Assembly (NCBI GenBank): GCA_007121015.1
Contig: SKMN01000012.1
Coordinates: 150-64,149, forward strand
Length of the DNA: 64,000 nucleotides
From: Coriobacteriia bacterium
Lineage (GTDB): Bacteria; Actinomycetota; Coriobacteriia; Anaerosomatales; SLCP01
Direction of reading: 5' to 3'
This document shows, piece by piece, positions 13,657-25,322 of the stretch. Below the pieces are notes generated by a model. That model made no database searches and was not told the origin of the DNA. It was given only the letters and a program-made list of their open reading frames with translations. How positions within the stretch are numbered: position 1 is the stretch's first letter; each line of letters opens with the position of its first letter. Position numbers and translations under genes: made by a program.

Positions 13657-15816
13657 GTGTCGAACGAGGAGCGCAGACAGGATGCCCGGGTGCGCGCGCT
13701 CATGGGCGCTTCGCATGAGGGCTTCGTCGTCATCGACTCCGAGGACCGCATCCGGCTCTTGAACGAGGCTGCGGAGACGCAGCTCGGTGTGGAGCGGATC
13801 GCGGTCATGTACGCCCACGCGAGCGCGCTGGAGGCCCCCGAACTCGAAGCGGCACTGGTCGAAGCACGGGTCAACGGCCCGTGGGACTCCTCGGCCGCCA
13901 CGCTCGACGTCAAAGGACGCTCCCTTGCGTGCACGCTCATCCCCTTCGCCGACGTCGAGCGAGGGGCGGGGGAGAGTGTGGCGATCGTGCTGCGCGACGA
14001 GGCGCGCTCGATGGATGACCTGGAGCGCGCGGAGGCGATCCTCGATGCGACAGGCGACGGCATGCTCGTTTTCTCGCCCGACGGTGCGCTGACCTATTTC
14101 AATCCAGCCGCCCGCGACATCATCGGGCCTCGCATCGACGACTACGTAGGCACTCACGTGACCCTGGCCGAGATCCTCGATACCGAGCCCCTGTTGCCGG
14201 AGGGCGCGGAAGCCACCGGGGCGGCGTGGGAGGCGACACTCGTGGAGCCGGAGCACCGCATCGTCCAGGTGCGGACGAGTCCCGTCCTCGACTCGAGCGG
14301 AGCGTCGATAGGGACGGTCTCCAACATCCGCGACATCACCACCGAGCGTGAGATGGCGATGATGAAGAACGAGTTCGTCTCGACCGTCTCGCACGAGCTG
14401 CGCACCCCGCTGACGTCCATCAAGGGCTACGTCGACCTCATCGTCGACGGCGAGGCAGGCGAGATCAACGAGATCCAGCGCGAGTTCTTGGAGATCGTGC
14501 AGGAGAACTCCGACCGACTCGTGAGCCTCATCAACGACATGCTCGACATCTCCCGTATCGAGTCGGGACGCATCCACCTGAAAGTCGAGCCCATCGAGAT
14601 CACCGACTTGATAGTCGGGGCCGCCGGGACATTCAAGACGATGGCCGACCAGTCCTCGGTCGAGCTTGTCACGTCGGTCACCGAGGACATCCCTCGGGCC
14701 GCCGGCGACCGGGATCGGATCGGCCAGGTGCTCATGAACCTCGTGAGCAACGCCATCAAGTATTCACCGGGTGGAGGTACGGCGACGATCGCCGCACGGC
14801 GTGACGGGGACGATGTCATCGTCGAGGTGAGCGACACCGGTATAGGCATCAAGCCTGAGGACCAGGCGGGACTCTTCTCCAAGTTCTACCGGGTCGATTC
14901 ATCGCTGACCCGCGACATCGGCGGCACGGGCCTCGGACTCTCGATCTGCAAGAGCATCGTCGAGCTGCTCGGTGGGAGGATCTGGGCCGAGAGCGAGTTC
15001 GGCGAAGGCAGCACGTTCGGGTTCAGCCTGCCGGTCGCGCCGCCGGACCTCGTGCGGACCCCGGCGGTCGAAGGGCCCGACGCGGCCGCGGGCACCGTGC
15101 TCGTGGTCGACCGCGACCCTGATGTTGCGAGCCTGATCGAGACCTACCTCGCCAAGCGCGGCTACGACGTGTTGACCGCTCACTCGGCTCAAGCGGCCGC
15201 ACAGCTCGCTGCGCAGCACCGTCCGCGGGCCATCACACTCGACGTCATGCTCGACGACAGCGACGGCTTCGACCTGTTGCAGCAACTCAAGGGCAATCCG
15301 GAGACCGCCGACATCCCGGTGCTCGTGCTGTCGGTCGTGTGCGACGAAGGTAAGAGCATGCGGCTCGGCGCTGCCAACTACCTGGAGAAGCCGGTCAACC
15401 AGAAGCGGCTGGTGGACGTCATAGACGGGCTCGTCGGATCGGTCGCCTCACCGCTCGTGCTCGTTGTCGACGACGACCGGGGCATCGTCGACTCGATCAG
15501 CCGCGTGCTCAAGGCGAAGGGCTTCGCGGTCATGCCGGCGTACGACGGCAAGGAAGCGATGGCCGCGGTGAGGCGAAAGCGCCCGCATCTGATGCTACTC
15601 GACCTCAAGATGCCGGAGATGGATGGCTACCAGGTGATCCAGGAGATCAAGACGGACCCCGAGATGTCCGACATCCCCATCGTCGTGATGACGGCACACC
15701 GGATCGACCATTCAAGAATGGGCATCATAGCTATGGCGGCCGAACAAGTCCCCAAGCCTTTTTCCGCAGAAGAGCTCGTGGAGCGGGTCGAATCGCTCCT
15801 GACCGAGGAAGCGTGA
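13657..15816 (+). CDS. Hybrid sensor histidine kinase (PAS-PAS-HisKA-HATPase-REC-REC)
   Basis: H-box SHELRTPLTSIKGY, N/G boxes (NLVSNAIKYSP, DTGIGI, GGTGLGLSI), and two C-terminal receiver domains (VLVVDRDPD... and VLVVDDDRG...). Confidence 0.9.
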   Translation: MSNEERRQDARVRALMGASHEGFVVIDSEDRIRLLNEAAETQLGVERIAVMYAHASALEAPELEAALVEARVNGPWDSSAATLDVKGRSLACTLIPFADVERGAGESVAIVLRDEARSMDDLERAEAILDATGDGMLVFSPDGALTYFNPAARDIIGPRIDDYVGTHVTLAEILDTEPLLPEGAEATGAAWEATLVEPEHRIVQVRTSPVLDSSGASIGTVSNIRDITTEREMAMMKNEFVSTVSHELRTPLTSIKGYVDLIVDGEAGEINEIQREFLEIVQENSDRLVSLINDMLDISRIESGRIHLKVEPIEITDLIVGAAGTFKTMADQSSVELVTSVTEDIPRAAGDRDRIGQVLMNLVSNAIKYSPGGGTATIAARRDGDDVIVEVSDTGIGIKPEDQAGLFSKFYRVDSSLTRDIGGTGLGLSICKSIVELLGGRIWAESEFGEGSTFGFSLPVAPPDLVRTPAVEGPDAAAGTVLVVDRDPDVASLIETYLAKRGYDVLTAHSAQAAAQLAAQHRPRAITLDVMLDDSDGFDLLQQLKGNPETADIPVLVLSVVCDEGKSMRLGAANYLEKPVNQKRLVDVIDGLVGSVASPLVLVVDDDRGIVDSISRVLKAKGFAVMPAYDGKEAMAAVRRKRPHLMLLDLKMPEMDGYQVIQEIKTDPEMSDIPIVVMTAHRIDHSRMGIIAMAAEQVPKPFSAEELVERVESLLTEEA

Positions 15817-15820
15817 TCGG

Positions 15821-16189
15821 ATGGCTCGAATCCTCGTCGTCGATGACGAGCCGCATATCTTGAGACTCATCTCCTTCTCGCTCGAGAAGGCGGGCCACGA
15901 GGTGCTGTCGGCTCCCGACGGTCCGACCGCAATCTCCACCGCCAAGGATAGCGAGCCGGAACTCATACTCATGGACGTGATGATGCCGCTCATGACCGGA
16001 TACGAGGCGGTGGAGCGCCTCAAGGCTGCGCCGGAGACCGCCGACATCCCGGTGATCATGCTGTCGGCCAAGAGCCAGCAGTACGAACAGGAGAAGGGCA
16101 TCGAATGCGGGGCGGCTCGATACATCTGCAAGCCGTTCACCCCCAAGGAGCTTGTCGAGCAGGTAACCGAGTTCCTCGAGACGCGCTAG
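15821..16189 (+). CDS. Single-domain response regulator (CheY-like receiver)
   Basis: MARILVVDDEPHI...LILMDVMMP...KPF; 122 aa with no output domain. Confidence 0.9.
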   Translation: MARILVVDDEPHILRLISFSLEKAGHEVLSAPDGPTAISTAKDSEPELILMDVMMPLMTGYEAVERLKAAPETADIPVIMLSAKSQQYEQEKGIECGAARYICKPFTPKELVEQVTEFLETR

Positions 16190-16210
16190 TGCGGGAAGGA
16201 GCACGTCGAC

Positions 16211-16663
16211 ATGGCCAAGATACTGTCCGTCGATGACGAGCCGTCCATCGTACGTCTGGTGACGGCGACACTGACGGCGCGCGGGCACAGCGTCACGGGC
16301 GCACACTCCGGGGCCGAGGCGCTTGCCCTCGTCAAGACCGACAAACCCGACCTCATCGTGCTCGACATCATGATGCCGGGCATGGATGGTCGCGAGGTCT
16401 ACCGGCGACTCGCGGCCGATCCGGCCACCAAGGACATCCCGATCCTGTTCCTCTCGGCCATCGGCGAGTTCGCGAGCCAGATCGACACCGTGGAGATGGG
16501 TGAGGCGGAGTACATGACCAAACCGTTCACCCCCAAGGACCTGGCCGAGCAGGTAGCGACGATGCTCGATCCGACCGCCGCCGAAGAGCGTGCGTCGCGA
16601 CGACACGCGCAGCTGAGTAAGTTGCGCATGATGGTCACGATCATGCATCGCGAGCACGATTAG
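16211..16663 (+). CDS. Receiver-domain response regulator with a short C-terminal tail
   Basis: MAKILSVDDEPSI...LIVLDIMMPGMDG...KPF; 150 aa with no recognisable DNA-binding domain. Confidence 0.88.
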   Translation: MAKILSVDDEPSIVRLVTATLTARGHSVTGAHSGAEALALVKTDKPDLIVLDIMMPGMDGREVYRRLAADPATKDIPILFLSAIGEFASQIDTVEMGEAEYMTKPFTPKDLAEQVATMLDPTAAEERASRRHAQLSKLRMMVTIMHREHD

Positions 16664-16884
16664 CCACTGCCAGCAGGGCATGAGACGCTCGGGTCTGTCT
16701 GGGCCCCTGTGATGGTCGACGGGCACCGTTCACAGATTCGTCGCTACCGCTCACCTGATGGCTGCGGCTCGATTGAGGCGCGATACGGACGTCTCAGCGA
16801 TACTGAGATGTTGAATGCATGGACGCGCCCGGGGGCGCTTCTCATCGCACGATCGTTGCCAGCTCAACGGGAGGGACGACCGTT

Positions 16885-18216
16885 ATGGCTCGGGGGTTTT
16901 TTCTTGCGCGCGGATGGATAGTCACGCTCGCGGGCCTCGGCATCAACTGCGCACTCGGCGTCTTGTACGCCTGGAGCGTCGTGGCGAAGACCCTGACCGC
17001 CGAATGGGGCTGGTCTGCCGGTGAGGCGAGCTTGCCCTACGCGCTCGCCGTGGGCGTGTTCGCGCTGTCGATGGTGTTCGCCGGCAGGGCGCAGGACCGC
17101 CTGGGGCCACGAGTCGTGGCCACGCTCGGTGGCGTTCTCACAGGCTCCGGGCTCATGCTTGCGGGACTCGCCGGCCCCGACCGCGCGTGGCCCGTGGTAG
17201 TGGGGTTCGGCTTGCTCGCCGGGATGGGTATCGGGCTCGGTTACGCGTCTGCCACCCCCGCTGCCGTCAAGTGGTTCCCGCCCGCCCGCAAAGGGCTCAT
17301 CACCGGCATCGTCGTGTCGGGCTTCGGTCTTGCGAGCGTCTACATCGCGCCTCTCACCAACGCGCTTCTGGCGAGTCGAGGGGTCGCCGAGACCTTCTTC
17401 ATCCTCGGCGGGGTGTTCCTCGTGGTATGTGTCGCACTCGCCCAGCTGTTGAGCAACCCGCCCGCCGGATACGTGCCTAAGGGGGCGGTCGCCCCCGCCG
17501 TCACACAGCCCGCGTCGACGCCCGCCGTCGCCGTCGCTGGAACGGCGGCCGTCGATCCCCCCGCAGATGCTGACCACGACCCTGACTATGACTGGCGCGA
17601 GATGGTCCGTACGCGCCAGTTCGCGCTGCTCTGGCTCATGTACGCGTTCTCGGCGTTCGCGGGACTGATGATCATCGGCCACATGGCGAACATCGCTGCG
17701 GAGCAGCTCACCGGTATAGAACTCGGGTTCCTGCTCGTCGCCGTGCTGGCGATCGGCAACGCGGCGGGCAGGATCGTGGCTGGCGTCGTGTCCGACCGCA
17801 TCGGCGAGCTCAAGACGATGTTCGCCGTCTTCGCGCTGCAGGCCGGTCTCATGCTCGCGCTCGCGCAGGCGACCACGACCGCTCTGCTCGCGCTCGCGGC
17901 TGCCGCCGTGGGCTTCTGCTACGGCGCGAACCTCTCACTCTTTCCGTCGACGACCGCCGGCTTCTTTGGCACGAAGCACCTCGGCGTGAACTACGGACTC
18001 GTCTTCACGGCGTGGGGCTTTGGCGGCGTGTTCGGATCGATGACGGCGGGAACAATCGTAGATACGACCGGTTCGTATTCGACCGCGTACGTGGTCGCCG
18101 CCGTGTTGTGCCTGCTGGCCGCCGGGCTGACGTTCGTCACGCGCCCGCCGGCGCCGAGGGCCGTGGCGACGGTGCGCCCGATCGCGCAGCCTGCCGAGGA
18201 GCGCTCCGTGGCGTAA
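16885..18216 (+). CDS. MFS transporter, oxalate/formate antiporter (OFA) family-like
   Basis: About 12 predicted TM helices. The N-terminus LAGLGINCALGVLYAWSV is typical of the OFA family. ATG 16885 is preceded by GGGAGGG. Confidence 0.75.
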   Translation: MARGFFLARGWIVTLAGLGINCALGVLYAWSVVAKTLTAEWGWSAGEASLPYALAVGVFALSMVFAGRAQDRLGPRVVATLGGVLTGSGLMLAGLAGPDRAWPVVVGFGLLAGMGIGLGYASATPAAVKWFPPARKGLITGIVVSGFGLASVYIAPLTNALLASRGVAETFFILGGVFLVVCVALAQLLSNPPAGYVPKGAVAPAVTQPASTPAVAVAGTAAVDPPADADHDPDYDWREMVRTRQFALLWLMYAFSAFAGLMIIGHMANIAAEQLTGIELGFLLVAVLAIGNAAGRIVAGVVSDRIGELKTMFAVFALQAGLMLALAQATTTALLALAAAAVGFCYGANLSLFPSTTAGFFGTKHLGVNYGLVFTAWGFGGVFGSMTAGTIVDTTGSYSTAYVVAAVLCLLAAGLTFVTRPPAPRAVATVRPIAQPAEERSVA

Positions 18217-18279
18217 CGCGCGGGGACCGTCCCCGCAGGCCGCGTGCCGAATCCGTGCGGCCGAGGAGGGTGGTCCGAC

Positions 18280-19440
18280 GTGTACGAGATATCGACGCAC
18301 GGCGTGCCTATCAAGGTGTGGGGCGCTGATCCCGACGAGCAGACGCTCGCCCAGACGCGCAACCTCGCACAGCTGCCGTTCGCGCATCGGCACATCGCGC
18401 TCATGCCCGACGCGCACGTGGGGTACGGCATGCCGATAGGCGGCGTGCTCGCGGCGCTCGGCCAGGTGATCCCGCACGCGGTCGGCCTCGACATCGGGTG
18501 CGGCGTGCGTGCGTGGTCGACGGGGATCGCGCATCGCGAGTTCGCCTCGGCCCGTGACGGCATCTTGAACGACGTCCAGCGCTCGGTACCCACCGGCTTC
18601 GAGTGGCACCGCGCACCGCAGACCGACCGCACCGCGCTCTTCGACGACGTGCCCGACATCGCCCCGCTGCGCGCCGAGGTCGACAAGGCCGTGCGCCAGG
18701 TGGGCACCCTCGGCGGCGGCAACCACTTCATCGAGGTGCAGGTCGACCCCGAGGGCGTAGTCTGGGCGATGGTGCACTCGGGCTCAAGGAACCTCGGCAA
18801 GCAGATGGCCGAGCACTACGACGGGATCGCCAAGGCCGAGAACCGGGCATCGGACTCGCCCGTGCCGCCCGAGTGGGGCCTCGCGCACCTCGCCGCGGAG
18901 TCGGAGGCCGGGCGGGAGTACCTCGAGGTGATGGGGTTCTGCCTGCGGTTCGCCCGTGAGAATCGTAGGCTCATGGCAGAGGCGGTGCGCACGGCCATCG
19001 AGCGCAGGTTTCCCGGGACTCCGGTGCAAGACGAGGTCGACGTGCATCACAATTACGCGGCCGCCGAGGAGCACTTCGGCGCAGAGGTGATCGTGCACCG
19101 CAAAGGCGCGGTGCACGCGGTGGGGACCGTGCTCGTGCCCGGCTCGATGGGGACCGCCAGCTACGTCTGCCGAGGCCTGGCCAACCCCGAGTCGTTCGAG
19201 TCGTGCAGTCACGGGGCCGGGCGGGCGATGGGGCGCAAAGCGGCGATGCGGGCGTTCCCGCGCGAGAAGGTGCTCGCCGACCTGCGAGACCGCGACATCC
19301 GCCTCTTCAAGGCGAAGAAGCGCGACGTGTCCGAGGAGGCGCCCGAGGCCTACAAGGACATCGAGGACGTCATGCGCCACCAGCGTGACCTCGTGGAACC
19401 GCTCGTGCGGCTCACGCCGATCGGGGTGGTGAAGGGGTGA
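18280..19440 (+). CDS. rtcB: RNA ligase RtcB
   Basis: MPDAHVGYGMPIGGV, GGGNHFIEVQ, HSGSRNLG, HHNYA and SHGAGR motifs. GTG 18280 has GAGGAGG 10 nt upstream; an alternative GTG is at 18244. Confidence 0.9.
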   Translation: MYEISTHGVPIKVWGADPDEQTLAQTRNLAQLPFAHRHIALMPDAHVGYGMPIGGVLAALGQVIPHAVGLDIGCGVRAWSTGIAHREFASARDGILNDVQRSVPTGFEWHRAPQTDRTALFDDVPDIAPLRAEVDKAVRQVGTLGGGNHFIEVQVDPEGVVWAMVHSGSRNLGKQMAEHYDGIAKAENRASDSPVPPEWGLAHLAAESEAGREYLEVMGFCLRFARENRRLMAEAVRTAIERRFPGTPVQDEVDVHHNYAAAEEHFGAEVIVHRKGAVHAVGTVLVPGSMGTASYVCRGLANPESFESCSHGAGRAMGRKAAMRAFPREKVLADLRDRDIRLFKAKKRDVSEEAPEAYKDIEDVMRHQRDLVEPLVRLTPIGVVKG

Positions 19441-19512
19441 TCGGCGACGGCGGAAACGCCCGGCGCGCGGCGCGCATGCACCCTGGGCGCGCTGTGCGCG
19501 GCATCCTGTTCG

Positions 19513-20985
19513 TTACTCCCACTCGAGCAGACGCCGCTGCCCCTGAAGCGAGCGCACGTGCGTGGCATCCTGCACCACCTCGAGGCAGCCGCGGTACGCG
19601 CCCTCGGCATCGCGCAGCGCGTAGTAGCGGATGTGGATGAACGTGCCGCCGAGCTCGATCCAGAACTCGGCGAGGTCCTTCTCACCAGCCTTGAACGCTG
19701 CGAGGATCCGCTCGACCACGTCGACACTCTTGGGCGGGTGGCAGTTCTTCACTTCCCGGCCGATGACCGCGGGCGAGCGCGGGAAGACCCGGTCGCCTTC
19801 CGAGTAGAAGCGTACGCGGTCGTGCTCGTCGACGTAGGTGACGTCGAACGGGAGCGCGCGCACCATGAGGTCGATCTGTTCGAGCGTGAGCGCGCCGGTG
19901 GTGAGGGGCAGGTGGGCGTCGCGTCCGGAGGCCGCGCCGGTCGTTGTCTCACCGACGGCCGCTGGACCCGGCGTTGCCGCGCGGGCGGGCGGCTCGATCC
20001 ACGCGAACCCGATCTCGGACTCGCCGGCGGCCATCGCCTCCCACTCTCCCTCCGAGAGCGCTTCGAGCGCGGTCGGGAAGAGTATCTTCTCCTCCTTGTA
20101 GATCATGTCCTCGACCATGCCGAGGGTCTTCGGGAGTTCGCCGAGCAGCGTCGCGACATCGCCGGAACGCGCCGTCGTGAGGTCGGCTTTGAGGCGTGCG
20201 CGGATGTCGTCGTCGATACCCCACATGACCTTCGTGGGCCCCTCGATGCCGTGGTTCTCGAGCATCGGGAATAGCTGGTTCTCCTTGCGCGTGTAGTGCA
20301 CGGCGAGGCCGTCGAGCAATCGCTCGATCCCGGTCGCGAGCGCCTCGAGCACGGTCGCGGAGTCCTCGGCGGCAAGCGACTCCACCTCTTCGAGCCCGCA
20401 CCGCACCGACGACACGATCTCGCCCGCGACCTCGTTCTCGCGCCGGTATGTCGTGACAGGGTGATTGGACGGGAGCTCGGTCTCCTCGGCCGATTCAAGC
20501 GACTCTTTGAACACGGTTACGTGCACGTCGCAGAGGCGCTGTACCTCGGCGACGGGCATGCCCTCGGCGATGAGCGCCTGCTCCATGGCGGCGATCTCGG
20601 CCGCGTCGACCTCGGAGGCGAGGGCATCGAAACGCGCCTTCACGTCGTCGACGGAAGCCCCCTCGTGAAGCTCGCGGATGATCTCCTTGAGGACGGCCTG
20701 GCGACGGGTGCGCGACTCCTCATCCGCTGCCCCCATGCTGGATGAGGGCGCCTGCGTGTGGATCTCGTGCCGGGCGATCTCGTCGGTTACAGCCACGACG
20801 AGCTCGTCTGCGTCCATGTCGCCCATCTCGGCGACGGTGCTCAGGCTTGCCACGCGTGCGACGGTGGTGCGCAGCACCGGGTTCTTGAGCTTCGCGAACT
20901 CGGGACGGAGCCCGGCGAGGAAGTCGAGCATGAACGGATAGGCTTCGATAAGGTCGTGGACCTTCGTCTCGCGCGTGACCTGCAT
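19513..20985 (-). CDS. DUF1858 / hemerythrin-like / DUF438-PAS domain protein
   Basis: N-terminal DUF1858-like sequence (VHDLIEAYPFMLDFL), central HHE-type helical repeats, and a C-terminal DUF438/PAS sequence (FDVTYVDEHDRVRFYS...GREVKNCHPPKS). RBS GAAGGAG upstream of ATG 20985. Confidence 0.7.
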   Translation of the reverse strand: MQVTRETKVHDLIEAYPFMLDFLAGLRPEFAKLKNPVLRTTVARVASLSTVAEMGDMDADELVVAVTDEIARHEIHTQAPSSSMGAADEESRTRRQAVLKEIIRELHEGASVDDVKARFDALASEVDAAEIAAMEQALIAEGMPVAEVQRLCDVHVTVFKESLESAEETELPSNHPVTTYRRENEVAGEIVSSVRCGLEEVESLAAEDSATVLEALATGIERLLDGLAVHYTRKENQLFPMLENHGIEGPTKVMWGIDDDIRARLKADLTTARSGDVATLLGELPKTLGMVEDMIYKEEKILFPTALEALSEGEWEAMAAGESEIGFAWIEPPARAATPGPAAVGETTTGAASGRDAHLPLTTGALTLEQIDLMVRALPFDVTYVDEHDRVRFYSEGDRVFPRSPAVIGREVKNCHPPKSVDVVERILAAFKAGEKDLAEFWIELGGTFIHIRYYALRDAEGAYRGCLEVVQDATHVRSLQGQRRLLEWE

Positions 20986-21082
20986 CGGGGACTCCTTCCG
21001 GGGTGGGCCGCCAACGCGGCTCGCGCACGCGCGGGCCGCTACGAAGGTGTGTACCCGATGAGGCGGGAGTCGGCGCGGTCGC

Positions 21083-21688
21083 TCACGAGCCGGTCCCACC
21101 GTCCTGCTCCGCGTCCGGCGCGGCGATCGAGCGGCCTATCGAGAAGGCGTCGGCAACGACCGGTCCGAGCGCGCGATACTCCCGGCTGCCCGCGATGTAG
21201 ACGAGCGGGTCGAGCAGGCCGACGTCGACCTTCTCGCCGGTCGCGTCGAGGACGTGTTCATCGGCGTGTGTCTCGACGACCTCGCCCACGACGAGCGTGT
21301 AGTGGCCGATGTCGACCTCGTGGGTCACACGGCACTCCATGTTGTACGGGCACTCGGCGATGATGGGGGTGCTCACGACCGCGGCGGGCACGAGGGTGAG
21401 CCCGGTCGCGGCGAACTTGTCGGTGGCCTTCCCGCTCGTGATGCCGCAGAAGTCGACCTCGGCGGCGAGGCGGGTGGCGGGGATGTTGACGGTGAATTCG
21501 CGTCCGTCGCGGATGAGAGCGAGCGTGTGCCGAGTGTCGCGGAGCGCCATCGCGACACTCGGGGGTGAGCCCGCGGCTATGCCGATCCACGCGACGGCGA
21601 GCGTGTCGACCTGCTCGCCGCTGCCGCCTACCACGAGAGGGCAGGGCATCGGGTAGAGGCGGTCGGACGGTCCGAGACGCTTCTTCAT
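21083..21688 (-). CDS. Flavin reductase-like FMN-binding domain protein
   Basis: LYPMPCPLVVGG...FTVNIP...CGITSGK, a pattern typical of flavin reductase domain proteins; 201 aa. Confidence 0.7.
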   Translation of the reverse strand: MKKRLGPSDRLYPMPCPLVVGGSGEQVDTLAVAWIGIAAGSPPSVAMALRDTRHTLALIRDGREFTVNIPATRLAAEVDFCGITSGKATDKFAATGLTLVPAAVVSTPIIAECPYNMECRVTHEVDIGHYTLVVGEVVETHADEHVLDATGEKVDVGLLDPLVYIAGSREYRALGPVVADAFSIGRSIAAPDAEQDGGTGS

Positions 21689-21838
21689 CGGGTGCTCCTT
21701 GCGACGGTACGGCAGGTTCGGCAGCGCGGCGAGGTGGCGTGAGCCGGCCGACCGCCGCGCGTGTCGAGAGTGTACTTCAGCGTCCGCACGTGCCGAAAGG
21801 TGAGCCGGCCCGGTATGGGATGTCAGGGCTATCCCGAC

Positions 21839-21867
21839 TTGACGGATGCGGCCGAGGCGGTCAGGAT
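21839..21867 (+). promoter_or_regulatory. Possible promoter for the met leader
   Basis: TTGACG (21839-21844), 17 nt spacer, CAGGAT (21862-21867). This has the same architecture as the dnaK promoter (TTGACA-17-TAGGAT). Confidence 0.3.
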
Positions 21868-21972
21868 GCAGAGCACGTTACGTGGACTGGCCTGCCGTTT
21901 GCAGGACGGTCACCCCCTACGAGATGGCGGAAGGAGGTGCGGTACCAACAGCCATGGTTCGCTACTCTGTGT
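21867..21972 (+). promoter_or_regulatory. Candidate SAM-I-superfamily riboswitch aptamer upstream of metY-metX-metW
   Basis: - Possible four-helix layout.
- P1: CAGAG (21869-73) with CUCUG (21965-69).
- P2: GUG(G)AC...GUCAC enclosing the hairpin CCUGC-CGUUU-GCAGG.
- ACUGGCC...CGGUCACC resembles the SAM-I core ACUGGCCC...CGGCAACC.
- P3: CACCCCCU...AGGAGGUG, containing a GGUGC element.
- P4: ACCA...UGGU.
- Context: it lies directly upstream of a methionine biosynthesis operon.
- It was not checked against a covariance model. Confidence 0.45.
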
Positions 21973-22094
21973 TCGCGATGATGATGGAGATGATGATGAC
22001 CCAGCCCGGGTCTCGTTGCGCATGCGACGGGTCTGGGCGCCTCGGCCACCCGGCCGGACGCTAGGTCGGGTACATCTATCCTCAGCATCGATGA

Positions 22095-24633
<2,539 letters not shown>

Positions 24634-24637
<4 letters not shown>

Positions 24638-25251
24638 CCGCGGCAGACCTCCTGCGCTCGGACCTGCGCCTCATCACCGAGATGGTCCCGCCGGGGAGCC
24701 GCGTACTCGACCTCGGGTGCGGCGACGGCTCGCTCATGGCGCACCTGCGTGACGAGAAGGGGTGCACCGTGCGCGGTGTCGACCTCAGTCCGGAAGACAT
24801 CGCGAGCGCGCTCGCGCGGGGGCTCTCGGTGGTACAGATCGACCTCGACGAGGGGCTCACCGGTTACCGGGACGACTCGTTCGACTTCGTCGTGCTCTCC
24901 CAGACGCTGCAGGTCGTGCGGAGGCCGGCGTTCGTCGTGCGCGAGATGCTCAGGGTGGGGTGCCACGGCATCGTCACGTTCCCCAACTTCGGGCACTGGC
25001 GCGTGCGGGGCTACCTGGCGCTCCGCGGTCGCATGCCGGTGTCGCGGTCGATCCCGTTCACGTGGTACGACACGCCCAACATCCACCACACCACGATCAC
25101 CGACTTCCGGGAGTTCGTGACCGCGAACGGCGCTGTCATCGAGAGGGAGGTGCCGCTCGCCACGAGCGGGTGGGCCGGATCCGCCCGCCCGGTCCGCGTG
25201 TGGCCCAACCTGCTTGCCGACACCGCGGTCGCGCTCGTGAAGCGGGCGTAG
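24634..25251 (+). CDS. metW: Methionine biosynthesis protein MetW
   Basis: LRSDLRLITEMVPPGSRVLDLGCGDGSLMAHL and FPNFGHWRVR. ATGA overlap with metX. Confidence 0.9.
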
Positions 25252-25322
25252 GCGCCACCGGGTATGGCACGCGTGCGCGACACGCCTCGCGCGAGCGGGG
25301 TATCCTGTACGACGTGTCCACA

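Noticed and set aside
21971-22000. The (GAT)n tract read as an Asp-rich peptide (DDDGDDDD) within ORF 21761..22105.
   Set aside because: That 114-aa ORF spans the putative riboswitch and promoter, has no RBS and has a junk-like composition. The tract is reported instead as a Met-codon mini-ORF or expression-platform element.
24762-25322. The N-terminal 187 codons of ORF 24762..26441, which would make RsgA 559 aa.
   Set aside because: This part overlaps metW in another frame and has Arg/Pro-rich junk composition. The RsgA homology starts only after the metW stop.
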